DNA of 57,475 nucleotides, filler included, from Basidioascus undulatus (GCA_000826855.1; 3 parts of 3 records of this genome joined end to end with filler, not necessarily neighbours in it), one strand, 5' to 3'; numbered from the whole stretch's first letter, positions 12,502 through 26,284 are shown. The notes: generated by a model not told the origin, from the letters alone. Numbers and translations are program-made.

Positions 12502-13610
12502 ATGGCTCCCAAGGAAGTCAAGGTCGTGAGTAGTGCTCCTCGCCCGTGCACAGCATGCAACGCATGACCCGCGTCCGGCGACTGACGCGTCGCGCTCGCG
12601 TCTCTTCCATCTCTCGCAGTCGACCGAGGGCTCGCGCCGCTCAACTCGGATCAAGGAGCAGCCGCCGAAGTCCGCCCCTGCGCCGAAGCCTGCGCCCAAG
12701 AAGCGCGCTGCTGAGGCGAGCGGAAGCGGTGCGAGCAAGAAGACCAAGGCGGAGAAGGAGGCGGAGAATGAGGCGGAGAAGGAGGCGGAGAAGGAGGCGG
12801 ACGACGCGGACGAGCTTGCGGATGACAAGGAAGAGGGAGCGGAGGAGAAGAAGGCCGAGGTGCATAGCTCTCTTCAATTTTCATCGAGAACAAGGGTGCT
12901 GAAGTAGTCTCATCTCCCTGCAGTCCAAGGCCCTCCAGGTCGGCGACGCCATCCCGTCCATCACGCTCAAGAACGAGAACGACGAGGACTTCGACGTCTC
13001 TACGCTCAAGTCCGCCGTGGTCTTCCTGTACCCGAAGGTCAATATTGCGTTTTGCCTCAGCGTCATCATGCCGCGTATGCTGACGCACAATCCGCTGCAG
13101 GCGAACACCCCCGGTTGCAACAAGCAAGCCTGCGCATTCCGTGACGCGGACGTCGACTTCAAGGCGCTGAACTACGCCGTAAGGGCCTTCCTCTCACTCA
13201 TGCCAATCGTTCGCGGACCAGGCTAAACTCGCGGCACCACAGATCTACGGTCTTTCGACCGACACACCGAGCGCGCAGCTCAAGTGGAAGACCAAAAATG
13301 CATTTGGCTACTCCGTGCGTTCCCAAAACCCTCCCGCACTTACTGTCGCCTCTGCTCAAGAGTGTCCTACAGTTCATCTGCGACCCCAAGCGCACTTTCA
13401 TCTCCCTGCTCGGCGCCGGCGTCGGCGGCAAGACCAAGCGGTCCCACGTCGTTATTGGCCCTGACGGGAAGATCACCCACATCGCGCTCGGCGTGAAGCC
13501 CGACGAGAGGTAGGCGGTGTCTTTGTATCGCGCACAGATTACGAATGAGCTTACCACCATATTCATTCTACAGCTCCAAGGCGGCGCTCGAGACCATCAA
13601 GACCCTCTGA
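12502..13610 (+). CDS. DOT5: BCP/PrxQ peroxiredoxin (Dot5-like) with basic/acidic N-terminal extension, multi-exon
   Basis: RRSTRIKEQ...KKR N-terminus; LQVGDAIPSITLKNENDED, VVFLYPK|ANTPGCNKQACAFRD (PxxxTPGCxxxAC), YGLSTDTPSAQLKWKTK, FICDPKRTFISLLG. Confidence 0.9.
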
Positions 13611-13961
13611 ATCCTCCGGCCCGAAGCGAATGCGGACATATTCGTCTGCCAACGGCGGACCCGCCGGAAGAACATCTTGGACACCATAGCTATCGTCGCT
13701 CGTTCACCTCTTGCTTGACCTGTTGACCACCTTCTGTACTTTCTCTTGTCTTGTCTGTTGCGATGACAATGAACTGTTGCTGCCATAAACGGAACATGCC
13801 TGCGTCTGAGAGACGCGGATCGGCGGTACGGGAGCAAGTTGATGCAATGATCGCAAGTACACGCGAGAATGCAACATGTGAGATGCGACAAAAGTACAGT
13901 ATGAGAGTGTGAAACAGCGGCCATGCGAATGGTATCAGTACGAGGCGGACGGGAAGCAGGA

Positions 13962-16900
13962 CTATGCGAGATAACGGTAGGATTTGCGATCCTCGGCACG
14001 CTCAAGATATTCGCGCTACGAAACCAAGCGTGAGTCAGTGCGCACAGTTAAACGTCATGCATAACTCCTCGAGACGCACCTCGATGAGGGCCTCGATACG
14101 CTTCTTGATGATCTGCGGTGAAGGAGCGAAGCGGCCAGCGAGCTGCCGAGTGACTTCGTTGACGAGTTCGTTGTGGTTCATGGCCTTCCGACTCTTCATG
14201 ATGCGGACGATGCAAGCCTGCAATACAAAAACGAGCGTCAATGCCACGCAGCGAACCAGATTGGAAATCGACAGGCGCACCTCGATCTGATGCTTGCGGT
14301 CCTCGTCGACCTTCTCGCGCGTCTCCTTGCGCTCGTCGTTCGACTCGACCTTGCTCGCGATCGTCGCGATCTTAATGCGCGCAAGCGGGGCGGTGAACCC
14401 GCTGTTGAAAGAGAACTCGTCCTCCGCGCCGATGTCGCGACCTCGCGGCTCCTTGAGAAGGATCTTGTACTTTCCGCACGCGAGCGACTGCAGAGTTCGC
14501 TTCAGGTCGTTCTCGGGGATGTCCGTCGCCGATCGAATGTCCTATTCAGCGGCATCGACATGCGTCAGTGATATGGTTATGGGTGCGTTCGAGCGATGGC
14601 GGACAGACCTGATATGAGAGCAGGTCGTTCTCAGGCAGGTCTTCGAAGAGCAGCAGGACAACGAGCGCGTGCGTCGAGACGTTGAGCTCGTGCTTCTTCG
14701 CCTTGAACTGGACCTTAACGTCCGCCGTGCCGTAGCTTGGCTGCCAGACGACGCGACGCCCGGAATGCCGCGCCAGGTAGAAGCGCTCGAACGACTGGCA
14801 CGCATCGATGAGGACGGGTGGGAAGACGCAGGGCGACGAGTTCGCGGTCATCGGCCAGTACGAGGCGGTCAGGACGTTGACGGAGAGATCGATGCCGGCG
14901 TACTGCGAAAACGGCCGAGATAAGCAGCGTGTCACTGCCGCGGACGCGAAGGGAAAGGCTCACATCGGTCTTGGCGATATGACTCTTGTACGCCTTCATC
15001 GTGTCGGCGGATGTTCGCATATCTACCAGACAGCCGAAAGTACAGCGCTTGAGCGGTCAAGATTACCCGCAACACAGCCGCACGCACCGTTGAACATGCC
15101 CTCCATCTTCTGCGTGAACTGCACGCCGCACTCGACCTTGAGCTTGGCGAGCATGCCCCGTTCGGCGTCGTCTGAGACCGAGCGGCCCTGGATGAGGCGG
15201 CGAGCGAGATGGCGCTTATAGAAGACCTCGAAGAGGTCTTTGTCGATGACGAAGCGGAAGAGGGTGATGGTCTGGTCGAGCACGGCGTCCGCCTCGTCCT
15301 CCGTTTTCTGTCGAGTCCGGCAAGAACGTCAGCGCCACGTCGGAGAAAAAGCAGGGTGACCGGTACGTACGCCCTTGAGACCCTTCTTCAGATTCTCGTC
15401 GATGAAGAGCGAGATGTACTCCGGCGACTTGCTATTCAAGTTGACGAACGTTTCGAAGCCCTGAAACGTCCATCATAGATTCAGCGACGCCTCCCCAGCG
15501 AATGCTCGGACGAGCGCACCTCGTTCATCGATGTCTGCATGACCTTGTCGTCCCCAAAGGCGTCCTGCAGAATGCGATCGAACTTCTGCTTGAGATCCAG
15601 CACGTCCTGAACCCACTGGAGCGCGGCGGCCAGCGTTCCCGCAGCCCCACCGCCGCCCGCACCCGCACCAGCGTCCTCCTTCGCCTTTCCCTTCCCTTTC
15701 GCCTTTCCAGAAGGCGCGGGCGCCTCCTTATCGCCGGCCGGAGTCGCCGCGCCGTCTGGCCCGGACGTCGCGCCCGCTCCGCCGGCGTTGATCGTCTTCC
15801 CGCGCTCGAGGATGTCTGCCTTCAGGGCTTTCCGCAGAGTGGGCTGCCCCTCCGGGACGCGATGGAAGAGACGGTAGAGGCGCGCGAGGTCATCGATGCT
15901 GTCGTTGTCGAGCATCGGAGCGAGACCGGATTCGGGGTTGGAGACGATGGTGTCGAGGTGGGCGGTAAGGAGATGGGTTTCGAGGAGGCGGCGGAGAGGG
16001 GCATCGGTGTTGAAGGAGAGGTAGTGGTGCGTCCGAGCTTCCTCGTCTGCTAGTCGCCGCTCGGCCTGTAGCGCTCAGATTAGTCGATGCTGCCCGCAAA
16101 TAAGAGGCGTATGAATGCTACGAACCCGTCGAAGGTAGGTCGGGATGTCACAAGTCTCCAGCAAGCGTTGCGCCTCAGCCTCGTAGTAGCGTGTACTCTC
16201 GGCGAGGATATGCGGCTCGAGGTCGACGGCGTAGACGCTTTTATCCAAAGCGCCCTTGACGCTCGGCTCGACCAGCTCGAGCAGGATGTCGACGCAGCTC
16301 TTGACTGCGGATCGGTTGATGACCTCTCCGTCGCGCTCGAGCCGGATCTGCGTCAGGATCGTGTGGAACAGCTGGGCGCGGATGTCCGAGTCCCGCGCGA
16401 CGACCTCATCGCGGAAGAGGTTCAGGCCGAGATCCCACGTCTGGGGGACAGACGCCGAGGCGGTGTAGACCTTGTCCTGGTACTCCAGCACATCCCGGTA
16501 AGATGCCGTCCCTGCCATCCAACCATCCGCCTCTCCGGCCTGACACAAATTGGTAAACCGAACGCACCATGTACTTCAGGACGTCCCTCAGCTTCTTCAT
16601 GCACGCCGTATGGTCGTCCCAAGCCGCCCTGAGCGCCTTCAAGAACGTCTCTCCCGCCTGCCCCCTCGCCACCGCGTCCATCCCCCCGCTCCCCGCAGCC
16701 GTCGAGCTCGAGCCCGCTGCTCCGACAGCGAGGCTGCCAGCCGGGAAGGCGGGTACGATGTTCTCGCGCGCGAGCTTGTGGAGGTGCTCGGTGACGAGCT
16801 CCTTCACGCCGTTGTACAGCGTGTCGCCGTTCTTGTGGAGGACGAGGTTGTATGCGTAGCGACTGCGGGGACATATTGTAAGCTCGCCGCTGGCGCTGGG

Positions 16901-17281
16901 GCAACAGAACAGACGCACTAGTGCTCTTCGAAGCTCAGCTTCGATGCATTGTGGTTCTGGATCTCCTTGATGGCGAACGCCAGCCGTTGCCATGTATCCG
17001 CGATCGACTTGCTCTGGTCGTTCTGCACGCGCATTGGTCAGACATGAGCGATCTCGACGAGAAGACTGCCTGCCAGGACGCACGCGCTTGGGAGGCTTCT
17101 GCATATATTAACGAGAATTGTGGTCAGACAACAGTCCGGATCAGACAAGAAGACGCGGCGCACGATCTTGGGTTTTCCGGGTGGCCTCCGAGGGCCTCCA
17201 GCTGCCAGGGGGAACCAAAGGCGGATCAGCGAAACCCGTGCTCCCAATGACGAGCGCCTACAGCTCACCCATCATAGACAT
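13962..17281 (-). CDS. CUL3: Cullin-3, multi-exon with 13-nt and 15-nt 5' microexons
   Basis: [97 protein letters not shown], neddylation region [12 protein letters not shown]-terminus [17 protein letters not shown]. Confidence 0.96.
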
Positions 17282-19118
17282 GGTGTGTTGTGCGACCACC
17301 GGCGGTTGTGAGTATTGAAATATAAAAGCGGTTGGCTGCGATGATGGTGATGAAGGTCAGATGGAGATGCGGAGCGGGAGTGTCGGCGGTAAGCAGCGGA
17401 GGCTGAGTTCATTATTCTGAAGCTTGAAGAGTGCGAGTTCAGGACGTTGCTGTTCGCCGCCAAACAGTTGGGAGTCGTTATGAGCATGCTCGCCTGGCAG
17501 GAAAGATTTGTTCAGACCTAGAGTTACTATGTGATTATTTCTCCAGCTTCCAAAATTCCGAAGCAAGCTCCTGAAAGCAATGACTGAGTTTGTGGTGCAG
17601 CTGCAGATGTACGGTGACCGCTCGCACTGCAGGTATTTCGTCCCTTGCTGCGGACATAGTAAGATTCAAAAACCATTGGAAGCCATGGAATGAATTAAAG
17701 GAAAGCCAGAGCATGTTACACCTCCTAGTGCCTCCTGCTCCTTACAGTCTTTGCTATGTGCTGGACCTCCAGCCTCTACCGTGTGCAGCAACTGGACATT
17801 CCCTCTCATCACAGTTTTCCGCAATCTTCCTGTGAGAGGTGCTATTCACAAGGGCTTGAATTTCTCCAAAGGCATACAGGAAGGTATAGGCCTGAGGGAC
17901 TAGGACAGTTCCACCGAGGCCACCTGCATACATTCAGTCCCAGCTCTTGACGGCTTTTGTCTGTCGAATGGAGCACTGCAAGACTACTGAGCGTCGTCAG
18001 TAATAGGGAGTGTCTACCATGTGTGGCGTTTTTTTCAATAATCTTGGAACATACAGCCTGAACAGAGACTGTGCGGCTGTCCTGATGATTGAGGAGACAC
18101 GCCCAAAACTTGCTCTTTCACCCTCGAGCTCACTTTATGAACGCTGAGTCCGAACTGACTGTTGTATGAATGCTGCCACATGATCTCTGAAATCCCAAGT
18201 ATCCTCGATTTCAACAGCAACAGCACCAAATTGCGCATTGTTCGGCTACCGCAACTGCAATGCAGGCATTTGCCAACCTTTCTAACCCGACACGGTCACC
18301 AATGAAATGAAATGAGGGAAGAAGTGAAAATTTCTTTAACGGACGCGAAAGGACGTGTATAGACCTGTACAAGACGATGGGGTGGTGACATCCCAAAGAA
18401 AGCCTTCAACCTTGTGCCCGGTATCACCGTGGTGAGGAGATGCCTATCATAATTCTACCACAGCTCAACCTCGATCCATGCAGCAGAGTACTTCTTTGAC
18501 CCTCCGAGGGTTTCCCTCAAAGTGCTGGCACTTCCTGTCCCTTCGACGCGATGCCAAAATGCAATTCTTCTCCTACAGCGTCGCGGCTTCTCCGACGTAC
18601 GTCTGCTCCAGGAGGCGGCCCGAAAAGCAATATGCCGCTCGGTCCCTGCCCCACCTGCTGCCGATGAAACCAAAGCAAACAAGCTGGTTTCGGATTAACG
18701 AGTAGACCCTCACTAATTTAACGCGACCAGCGGCATGCAGTGGAGGGTGCTTGCGGGCCGCTGCAGAGAAGTCGTGCCCTACGTCCTACTGCATGTGCAA
18801 AATTTCTCCTCGTGCACCTTGCACAGGCGGCACGACACCTTGACACATTTGTAAAAATTGCGAACGGAGTCCTTCCGCTTGAGATCTGCGCAAATGTGCT
18901 GTCCGAGTGCATTCCGCTCGCATTTTCGAAGGGAGCCTTCGCCTACTTCGTCCACTGTAGCTCCCACAGAAGAGCCCACGATAAAAATCCTGAACTATTA
19001 CCAGGCCATGAAAGCTCCCGGACGCAGAAAAGACGAAGCTTGATTCGAACTTTAAGTGGGCGAGGCGGGCGGTCACGTGGACAACGACCCACACGACCGC
19101 GTTTCTCTTGAGACGCTC

Positions 19119-19218
19119 NNNNNNNNNNNNNNNNNNNNNNNNNNNNNNNNNNNNNNNNNNNNTTAATTAATTAANNNNNNNNNNNNNNNNNNNNNNNNNN
19201 NNNNNNNNNNNNNNNNNN
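19119..19218. other. Artificial contig/scaffold spacer (N44-TTAATTAATTAA-N44)
   Basis: Exactly 100 nt; the central 12-mer gives stops in all six frames; identical to the spacer at 38308-38407. Confidence 0.97.
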
Positions 19219-19261
19219 GCAAGCATACACCCCTCCGCCCCGCTCTCTTCTCCCTTCTTGA

Positions 19262-19807
19262 ACCCCGTCCACCATCTCCTTCTCCGACCTCACGTCCCAC
19301 CCCGCCACCCTCGACTCCAACACCCCCCTCATGTCTCTGCTCGAGCGTCTGCGCCACACCGCTGCGCAATCGCACGGCCCCACATTCTCCACCTTCTCCC
19401 CCGGCGGCCCGAAAATCATCCTCGTCTCCCCGCTGGACCCCGCAGGCTACGAGACGACTTCCGCGGGGCAGTTTGTCCGCTCAGGCGACGCAGAGGTCGT
19501 CGTGCGCGCCGTGTCGGTCGGGAACATCCACCGCTCCGTGCCGGGGACGACGCTGTCTGCGGTCGCTGCGGCGGCGGCCATCCCAGGCACGGTCGTGCAT
19601 GAGGTGTTGCCCCCCGAGCGGGATGAGAAGCGCTTCAGGGTTGCGCATCCGGCGGGCACGGCGGAGGCCAGGGCGACGGTGGAGGATGTCCGGAGCGGGG
19701 AGGGGGAAGCCGGCACGGGCGTTGTTGTGAGGGGGATTGAGAGCGTTAGGACGGCGAGGTTGATTATGGACGGGGCGGTTAGCGTTCCGGAGGAGGTGTT
19801 TGAGTGA
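19262..19807 (+). CDS. PrpF-family (methylaconitate/aconitate delta-isomerase-like) protein, C-terminal part; 5' end lost at the gap
   Basis: PKIILVSP, VRAVSVGNIHRSVPGTTLSAVAAAAAIPGTVV, RVAHPAG, VRTARLIMDGAVSVP match the PrpF C-terminal pattern (H..., AA.IPGTV, HP.G, RTAR.LM.G). Confidence 0.85.
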   Translation, partial: TPSTISFSDLTSHPATLDSNTPLMSLLERLRHTAAQSHGPTFSTFSPGGPKIILVSPLDPAGYETTSAGQFVRSGDAEVVVRAVSVGNIHRSVPGTTLSAVAAAAAIPGTVVHEVLPPERDEKRFRVAHPAGTAEARATVEDVRSGEGEAGTGVVVRGIESVRTARLIMDGAVSVPEEVFE

Positions 19808-21697
19808 TGAAGTTTACATACACTGATACACATTGGTACGAAATGCCACTTCCTAATTATCCATGGAGTGATGCCTGCACGACGCACGACGCCCAATCTC
19901 GGGCCAAAATGCCTGCAATACGACTCGACTGGACCTCAATTATGCATCCTTAGACTTGGCTTCCTACGCGCAAACTCTTTCCCTTTTGTATTGGCCATCC
20001 ACTGCTCCGTGGCTGCTGAGCCGCCCGCTCGCAAAGCATTGCCACGGGCTTACTCCTCCCCGTCGCTAGCTATCTTTTTACAGGCAGACACGGCAGACAC
20101 GAAGAACGAATGCCGTCCGATACCCCTTGAACCGTGCTCCAGAACTCAAGCTCGAGAGCTCCGTCCCTGGCGCACTCTGCAGCGCTTACAGGCGTCCGTT
20201 TGACCTTGGCCCCACTGTGCCGGGGATGATTCATCCCTACTAACCTCCCCCCCATTGCCTCAATGCCTGAGCACAATAACCTTCCTATTTGCCCATCGCG
20301 TGCCGTCCGCTATGCTCCCCTCTGTTTCATTTGCTCTCGCAGCGCATGCTGAGCGAGTATAACGCAAGTGACATACGAACACAGGCCTTGCCGGGCATAA
20401 ACATCAGTAGTCGCCTTTAAGATGTATACTCTTATTTATCGTTCTTCCATAAACAGCTAGGTGCAGGAACGTCTTGTCACAAACGGACGATCATTGTCTC
20501 CAGTTCGCCGGGGGGAGACCCCAGGCCTGTGACAAGTTCTTCCTGGACTGCCGCTTCCTCAGAAGCTGGGCTGCTAGAAGTTCAGGAATCGATGTACTTG
20601 AGACCGTGCGTCGTCCACGGGACGCAACGAGTTTGTAGATTAGCCTTCCACTTTCAATTGTATGTCAGACACCCACGCTTTAGTGGTGTGCTGCAGAGGA
20701 AAACAGGGACAACAGGATGCGCACAGATACCTTCCAAGGAGAAGTCCTTGTGAAATTCTGTGGATATCTTCATTGGACCATGTCCGCGATGGTCGTTCAA
20801 TCCTAGTTGGTGATCGTGGTATTTTATGCAGCACAGCTAGCCCATAAGAGGCCTTTCACATCTCACTCGAGGCCTACTCTCCTCGGCCGGTACAGTACAC
20901 GCCGGACTGCCTGCATTAAAATGAGTTGGGTAAAATTCAGATGCAGCACACGCTCGATCTGGTCCCAGGAATGCACTCAGTGCATGGCCGGCAAGGCCGC
21001 GAGCGTTCCCCTCGCATCGTACACCAGTTGCAGGGGTCTGAACTGTTCAAAACATAAGAATGTGTGAAAAGCGGACCGCGCACACTATTGCCTTGGTGTA
21101 AGGGTGCAGACAGTGCAGACGATTCATGTTTACATGTCGCTGCGTGGTACGCAAACCAATTTGAACCTTTCCACTCTCATGCCGTTCGCCGGAGAGACTG
21201 AGTCTCAGGCCAGTACCGTGACCGGAGGGCCTGCAACCAAGTGCGTTCTTTCCCCCGAATCACCCGTTTATTCGGTGAGCGGGTCTCTTAAGCGGAGCCA
21301 GGCTGAAGGTTGATCACGGTCTTACTGAATGGTCAGCGATGGGGGCGCTAGCACAATCGGGTCTATACGGATCCTTGACGAGAAGGTGGCGGGGTCGTTT
21401 GATGGGCGTTCTGCTCTTTATGGGGAGCACATGGCTTGATCTTAAGCACTCAGCATAGAATTCTTCCTTGTTCTGCTACACGCCCGGTGTTCACCAGCGC
21501 GTTCCCTTTTCCTCGGGCGGACGGGCAATGCTGACGGGACTGCGGATGGGTCCGAAGCGACCACTCGTTTCAAGGGCTCGAGCACAAACAAGAATGTTCC
21601 TCCTTCCGGGTTGAAGTCTTCTTAAGTTTGTGGCTCGTGGATGCAGGTTGCACTTCATGCCCGGGCTACTGGCGATAATATGTCTTTCTCATTTCAC

Positions 21698-22030
21698 TCA
21701 TTTCACTTTCACTCGACCCTCACACTGCCCCCAAAAATACCGCATTGTTCTCCATTCAAAGACTTTATGATCCTGGTACATTTTTAGATTCATCAAGTTT
21801 GCCCTTGTAAATGTGGACAAGGCCGAACGTCTCAGATCACCCTTAAGACTGTTGAAGTGGGAGCCACCTATTCGTCCCCTTTGGGCGGACTCTTTTGCAG
21901 TGCTGTACGGCACAGACACCTTTTCACAAGCCTTAAAGCTCATCTCTTCTAGTAGGTATTCTGAGCAAGGTGTGGAGATGCAGCGCACGGCGCAACTGTG
22001 GGCAGTCCTTTTACGTAGCCTCCTAACCAC
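21698..22030 (-). mobile_element. Decayed hAT-like transposase, C-terminal dimerisation-domain remnant
   Basis: VSVPYSTA...QRG...SHFNSLKGDLRRSALSTFTRANLMNLKM...FEW...W resembles the hAT C-terminal pattern P.STA..ERGFS..N.IK..LRN.L....L..LM; surrounding frames are riddled with stops. No TIRs found. Confidence 0.45.
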
Positions 22031-25000
22031 GCGAGTGGGACACCTCTACATTACACAACTGTCTGCGCCAGCCTAGCGAGTGCGCAGACATGCGCTGCAG
22101 GGACAATTTCATACCGTCACCTTAATTTCTCTGAGGTATCTCCCGGCTGGGGCTGTTAAGCATTGGGTAGACAATATGCTGTGTTACTGTGGACGAGGCA
22201 ATTCCCCAACCGCAATGTGATTTCCGGTCGCCCAGTCCGCTCGCTGAAAGGAGCCCAGATCCCAGATTTAGGGTCTCTAACCATGTGGAAACTCCCTTAA
22301 TATCACTGTTCCTCATATCACTGCTCTTAAGCGTCGGAGTCGCGGTGCGTCTGCTTCGCATGTCGACTTCGCTCCTCTGCACTGTCGGACTTATGGGACC
22401 ACCCCTTCTTCATTTGAAGGGTAAGTCTGCAGGAATCTTGATCTACCAAAGGTCTTTAAGAGAGCCCCCATGCACACATAGTGCTAGTCGGTCCAGCTTT
22501 CATCGACCACTGTCAACCATTGTCATGATCAGTCGCTCATGCCCGCGCAGGCGTTCTTCCTCCACATGGCTTTGGGGCTCGTACAAAGGACAAGGTTACT
22601 GCTCTGAGATTTGTCGCACAAGGGGGTCATGTCCGTGTGCTGGAAAACCATGCAAAAGTAGTCATGCGATATTGCAACGTGCCGTCGTCGCTACCTTTGG
22701 CTACCCTAGCCTACGTAGTAACCTTACTTATCAGCAGAAGTACTAGAGTAAGCTGCGTTCGCCTTCCCAACTCCTCCATGCCTGCAACCTAGTAGCCCAC
22801 ATGTCTTCTCCCCAGCGCTCCATCGACCCTAGCCTGCTCTCCCCAACTGAAGGTGGGTAAGCCGTCGTCTGTCTCGTCTTTGACGCTTCTTCCTCCGCGC
22901 GCTGGGCGCGCCTCATCTGCCTCTTCACGCTCAACCAGGCTGTCCTCCGCCCCTAATCTTTGTATCCGACCCGCGCACGTCGGACTACCCCTGAGCCGGC
23001 TTTCCGGACGTGACGCCTGACTTCGCGGGACATTATCAACAAGCTGCAGGAGCTTTTGGGGGAGTATTCGACGCAGACGGCGGGCACGGCCGCCGGTTCG
23101 GACAAGGGGTACCCAATGGTGTACCTTGTGGATGAGACGACGTTAGAGAACTGGGAGAGGAGGGAAGAAGCGTGAGATATGTGAGATTAAAGGTGGTCGA
23201 TTTCAAGGAGCCGGAGGAGGACAAGGATGACGAGGATGAGAGCGAGAACAGCGTAGGTGGGTTCAGCGCAAGTGTAGTTCGACTGAGCTGAACTAAGATC
23301 ACCAGAAACGTGAACTAATCAATCGACCTTCCCCAGCCTGTGTTTCGCTCAAGTACATCATCATCTTTGACGCAAACGTCGACACTGTGTGCTCCGCATC
23401 TCGTTCCTGTGCGCGTATAGCTGCGGTTGGTTGCTAACAGAAGACTTCGTCTGCTCACGTAACAGGGCAACATGGACTATGCAGGATTATTTGAGGCGGA
23501 CGTGTGGGACCGCCGTGGGGGCAGGATCAACCCAGAGGTGGCGAAGGAGGACGCGTGAACTGGACATTTTTAACCCTCTTGCCGTTTCCACTCCAGATGT
23601 AAACTTCCAAATACCATGCACTCCTTGCTGTGTGTGAGCCAGGTACCTATACATCCTGGCAAGAAAGGCGCGGCAAAGCTCCTTTCCTGCGTCCTGGGAA
23701 TCAGGAAAGGAGGCCAACAAAGCTGACTTTCCGTAGCCGGACAGTCACCTAAATCATCGCGCTTTCATACACATTTCCTCTGGGAAAGAGGTTGCAGGTA
23801 GCTTGCCTTCGCATGAAAGTGGCTGCAAAATCGCCTTTCCATAGGACCTGGAAAGTTTTGCAGCGAAGCTCGCTATGGAAACGTACTTTCCTGTTTCTTT
23901 ACAGGGCTTCTACCTCTCATATGCAGCTTTTGGGGACTTTGCTTGACTTTGGCGACAGGGCAAACTTGTGCGCTGGCGTTCATGCGGGTGTCCTAGGACA
24001 GAACTCTGAACTATTGGGGGAGACTTCCGCAGGGCTATGGCAGCCAAAAGTGCGGAAAGCAGCATTGAGTGTGGGCAACATTGACGGAAGGTGCGGACTG
24101 TCCTTTGGGCCATTTGGCAATTTCTGCATGCCCTCTGCCTATTAATGTGCGGACTGCCGCACCATGTGGAACTCCACATGCTGAATCCTGTAGGCCCTGG
24201 TGTTTCCTCATTTTTCCGGGTTCTCAATGCCGACTCCCGCACTGTAACAAAAGAAAAATGGCCAGGTGCATGTCGTGAAGGGCCCTTGACCATGACCGCT
24301 TTTGGCTTTTAGACACCTCGTTCACCTACACAACCATGTCTTAATCAAAGAAATACAATGTTTTTTATGGCTATAGTTCATCTATAACCAGCTTATATTA
24401 GTAGGAAAGGCAGGAAGAGGATAACATGCAAACATTTCAAGGCCAACTGATAGTGTACAATTGAGCATCAGAATTCTTAAAGCGGTAAGGAGCAGTGGTT
24501 CGAAGGGCAGGGCCACGAGGCTTGCCACTACTACTTGTTTAGGTGATAAGAATTCACAGAGCACAGAAGCGTGCTCACTGGCTTCCCAACATTTCACAAG
24601 TCCCCTCAGACCGGCCCTCCAGCAACAAGTCCCATATAATACTGATTTCCAAGCACGCTTGTTCTTTTCCTCTTCCATTTAACTCCCCTCTTCCATCTGT
24701 CGTCCTCCTCCTTTTGTCTAACCTTTCTGCACCTCTCTCATTGTACACATCCTGTCTCTGATCCTGTCATGCTCTGTCTCACGGTGCTCATGATGCCGTC
24801 TCCCGTCCTACCCCCACCCTCACCCCTAACAGGTGCAATCAGCCCATGTTCTGCCAGGTACTTCTAACCTCTCCAGTTTAGATGTGTGCTGATGTTCTTG
24901 ATAACAGTTTGTGTTGGCTATTGGAGATGGTTGTTTTTATAGCAATTCCTGCTCCTCACCACTGAGCCAACTAATAGATGCTTTTGTATGTGTCTACCTT

Positions 25001-26284
25001 GGTTACAATGAGAGTCTTTTTGTATTTGCATAAATATGACAATTGAATCATAGTCACACTTGAAGTGGGTGCATATATGTACTTTGTGTGACAAACAGTA
25101 TGACTGGATTAAAGACTTGGGTGTAATTGCGATGCTGTGCTGTATAAATGTAAGCTGTTTATAGTCCCTTGGTAGGACAATTGCCGCACATGCCCCAGCA
25201 AGAATATGATGATATCAGCATCAAAGGGTGTGCTGACAGCATGGCAAATGTGGCATTCTGCATGCTTCAATAGGCAATAGTGCAGATTTCTAAGGAAGGA
25301 GATATATTGGGGTACGGAACATAGGGAACCCCACATTCACATTGCAAGTAATATGCAGAATTCCCCATGTAGGCAACTGTCAATGCGCGATCAACTGCTT
25401 GCAGAACTCTGCATGTGTGGCCTTCCACAGCCTCCCTACATAAAAGGTGCAAAAAAAGTGCCAATTCCCGCATGGCCTTAAGTTGGGCAAACCCCCATGC
25501 GGAATTCTGCACCCTTGCGGACTTCCACATATCCATAGTTCACAGGGGTATCCTTCTCCCCATCGTGAGTCTCCTGATCTGCATAGCTGACCTTCACTGT
25601 CTGCTCTTTCCACCCTGACCATATTCTTATCACCCGAGGGTTTGGACGAGCTGATACGGTGATTCGAGCATGGACTTTGGCAGGGTTGCAGGAACACGCA
25701 GCCTAGTTGAGAGGACATGCGGTGCACACTATGCCAGGTGCACACTATGCAAGACAATTAGCTAAGCGTTTCGGGGGAGATGGGGCTGAGAATCGCCGTC
25801 TTTCAGATGGACTGTTCTTGCGTAGTTCTTCTTTCGCCACTTCTCGTCCCTCAGCCCCCCGTCTTCAGGAGCTAGGTTGAGGGTGTGCCGGAAAAGGCAG
25901 GGGACCATGAGCGGATAACACAGCCACATGAAACACAACGTTCCTGGGCCTGCATGGACTGGGATCATGTCCAGGGCGATTGAGGCATGTGCGCCCTGGT
26001 GCGACGTAATCATTCGATGAAAGATCGGTAGGCTAATGGGGTGGTGTCCGGGGGCAGCTGCAGAGCGACTTGCAATGATGCACACATACATCCCTACCCT
26101 CCACCCCTTGGCCATACCCCTTTCTCCTTTTACCAAGTTGATTAAAGCCTCCTCACTTCCCAGGCCAGGCCGGCGTGGGTCCAACGTACATAGATCACTT
26201 CACCTCGACCGCAGATGTCTAAAGCCCAAGTTCCCCCTCCCTAGGTCTCCTGCCAGGGGAGTCAGCTGACTATGGCTAGAGATG

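Noticed and set aside
17300..19118. Coding-like fragments upstream of CUL3 (similar ones at 22800-24300, 39800-42100, 48300-50100, 53400-54200)
   Set aside because: Interrupted by stops and frameshifts with no family motif I can support; left unannotated.
19163..19174. Palindromic TTAATTAATTAA (also 38352-38363) as a biological site or piggyBac-type TSD
   Set aside because: Centred in identical N44 flanks at both places; a synthetic six-frame-stop linker.
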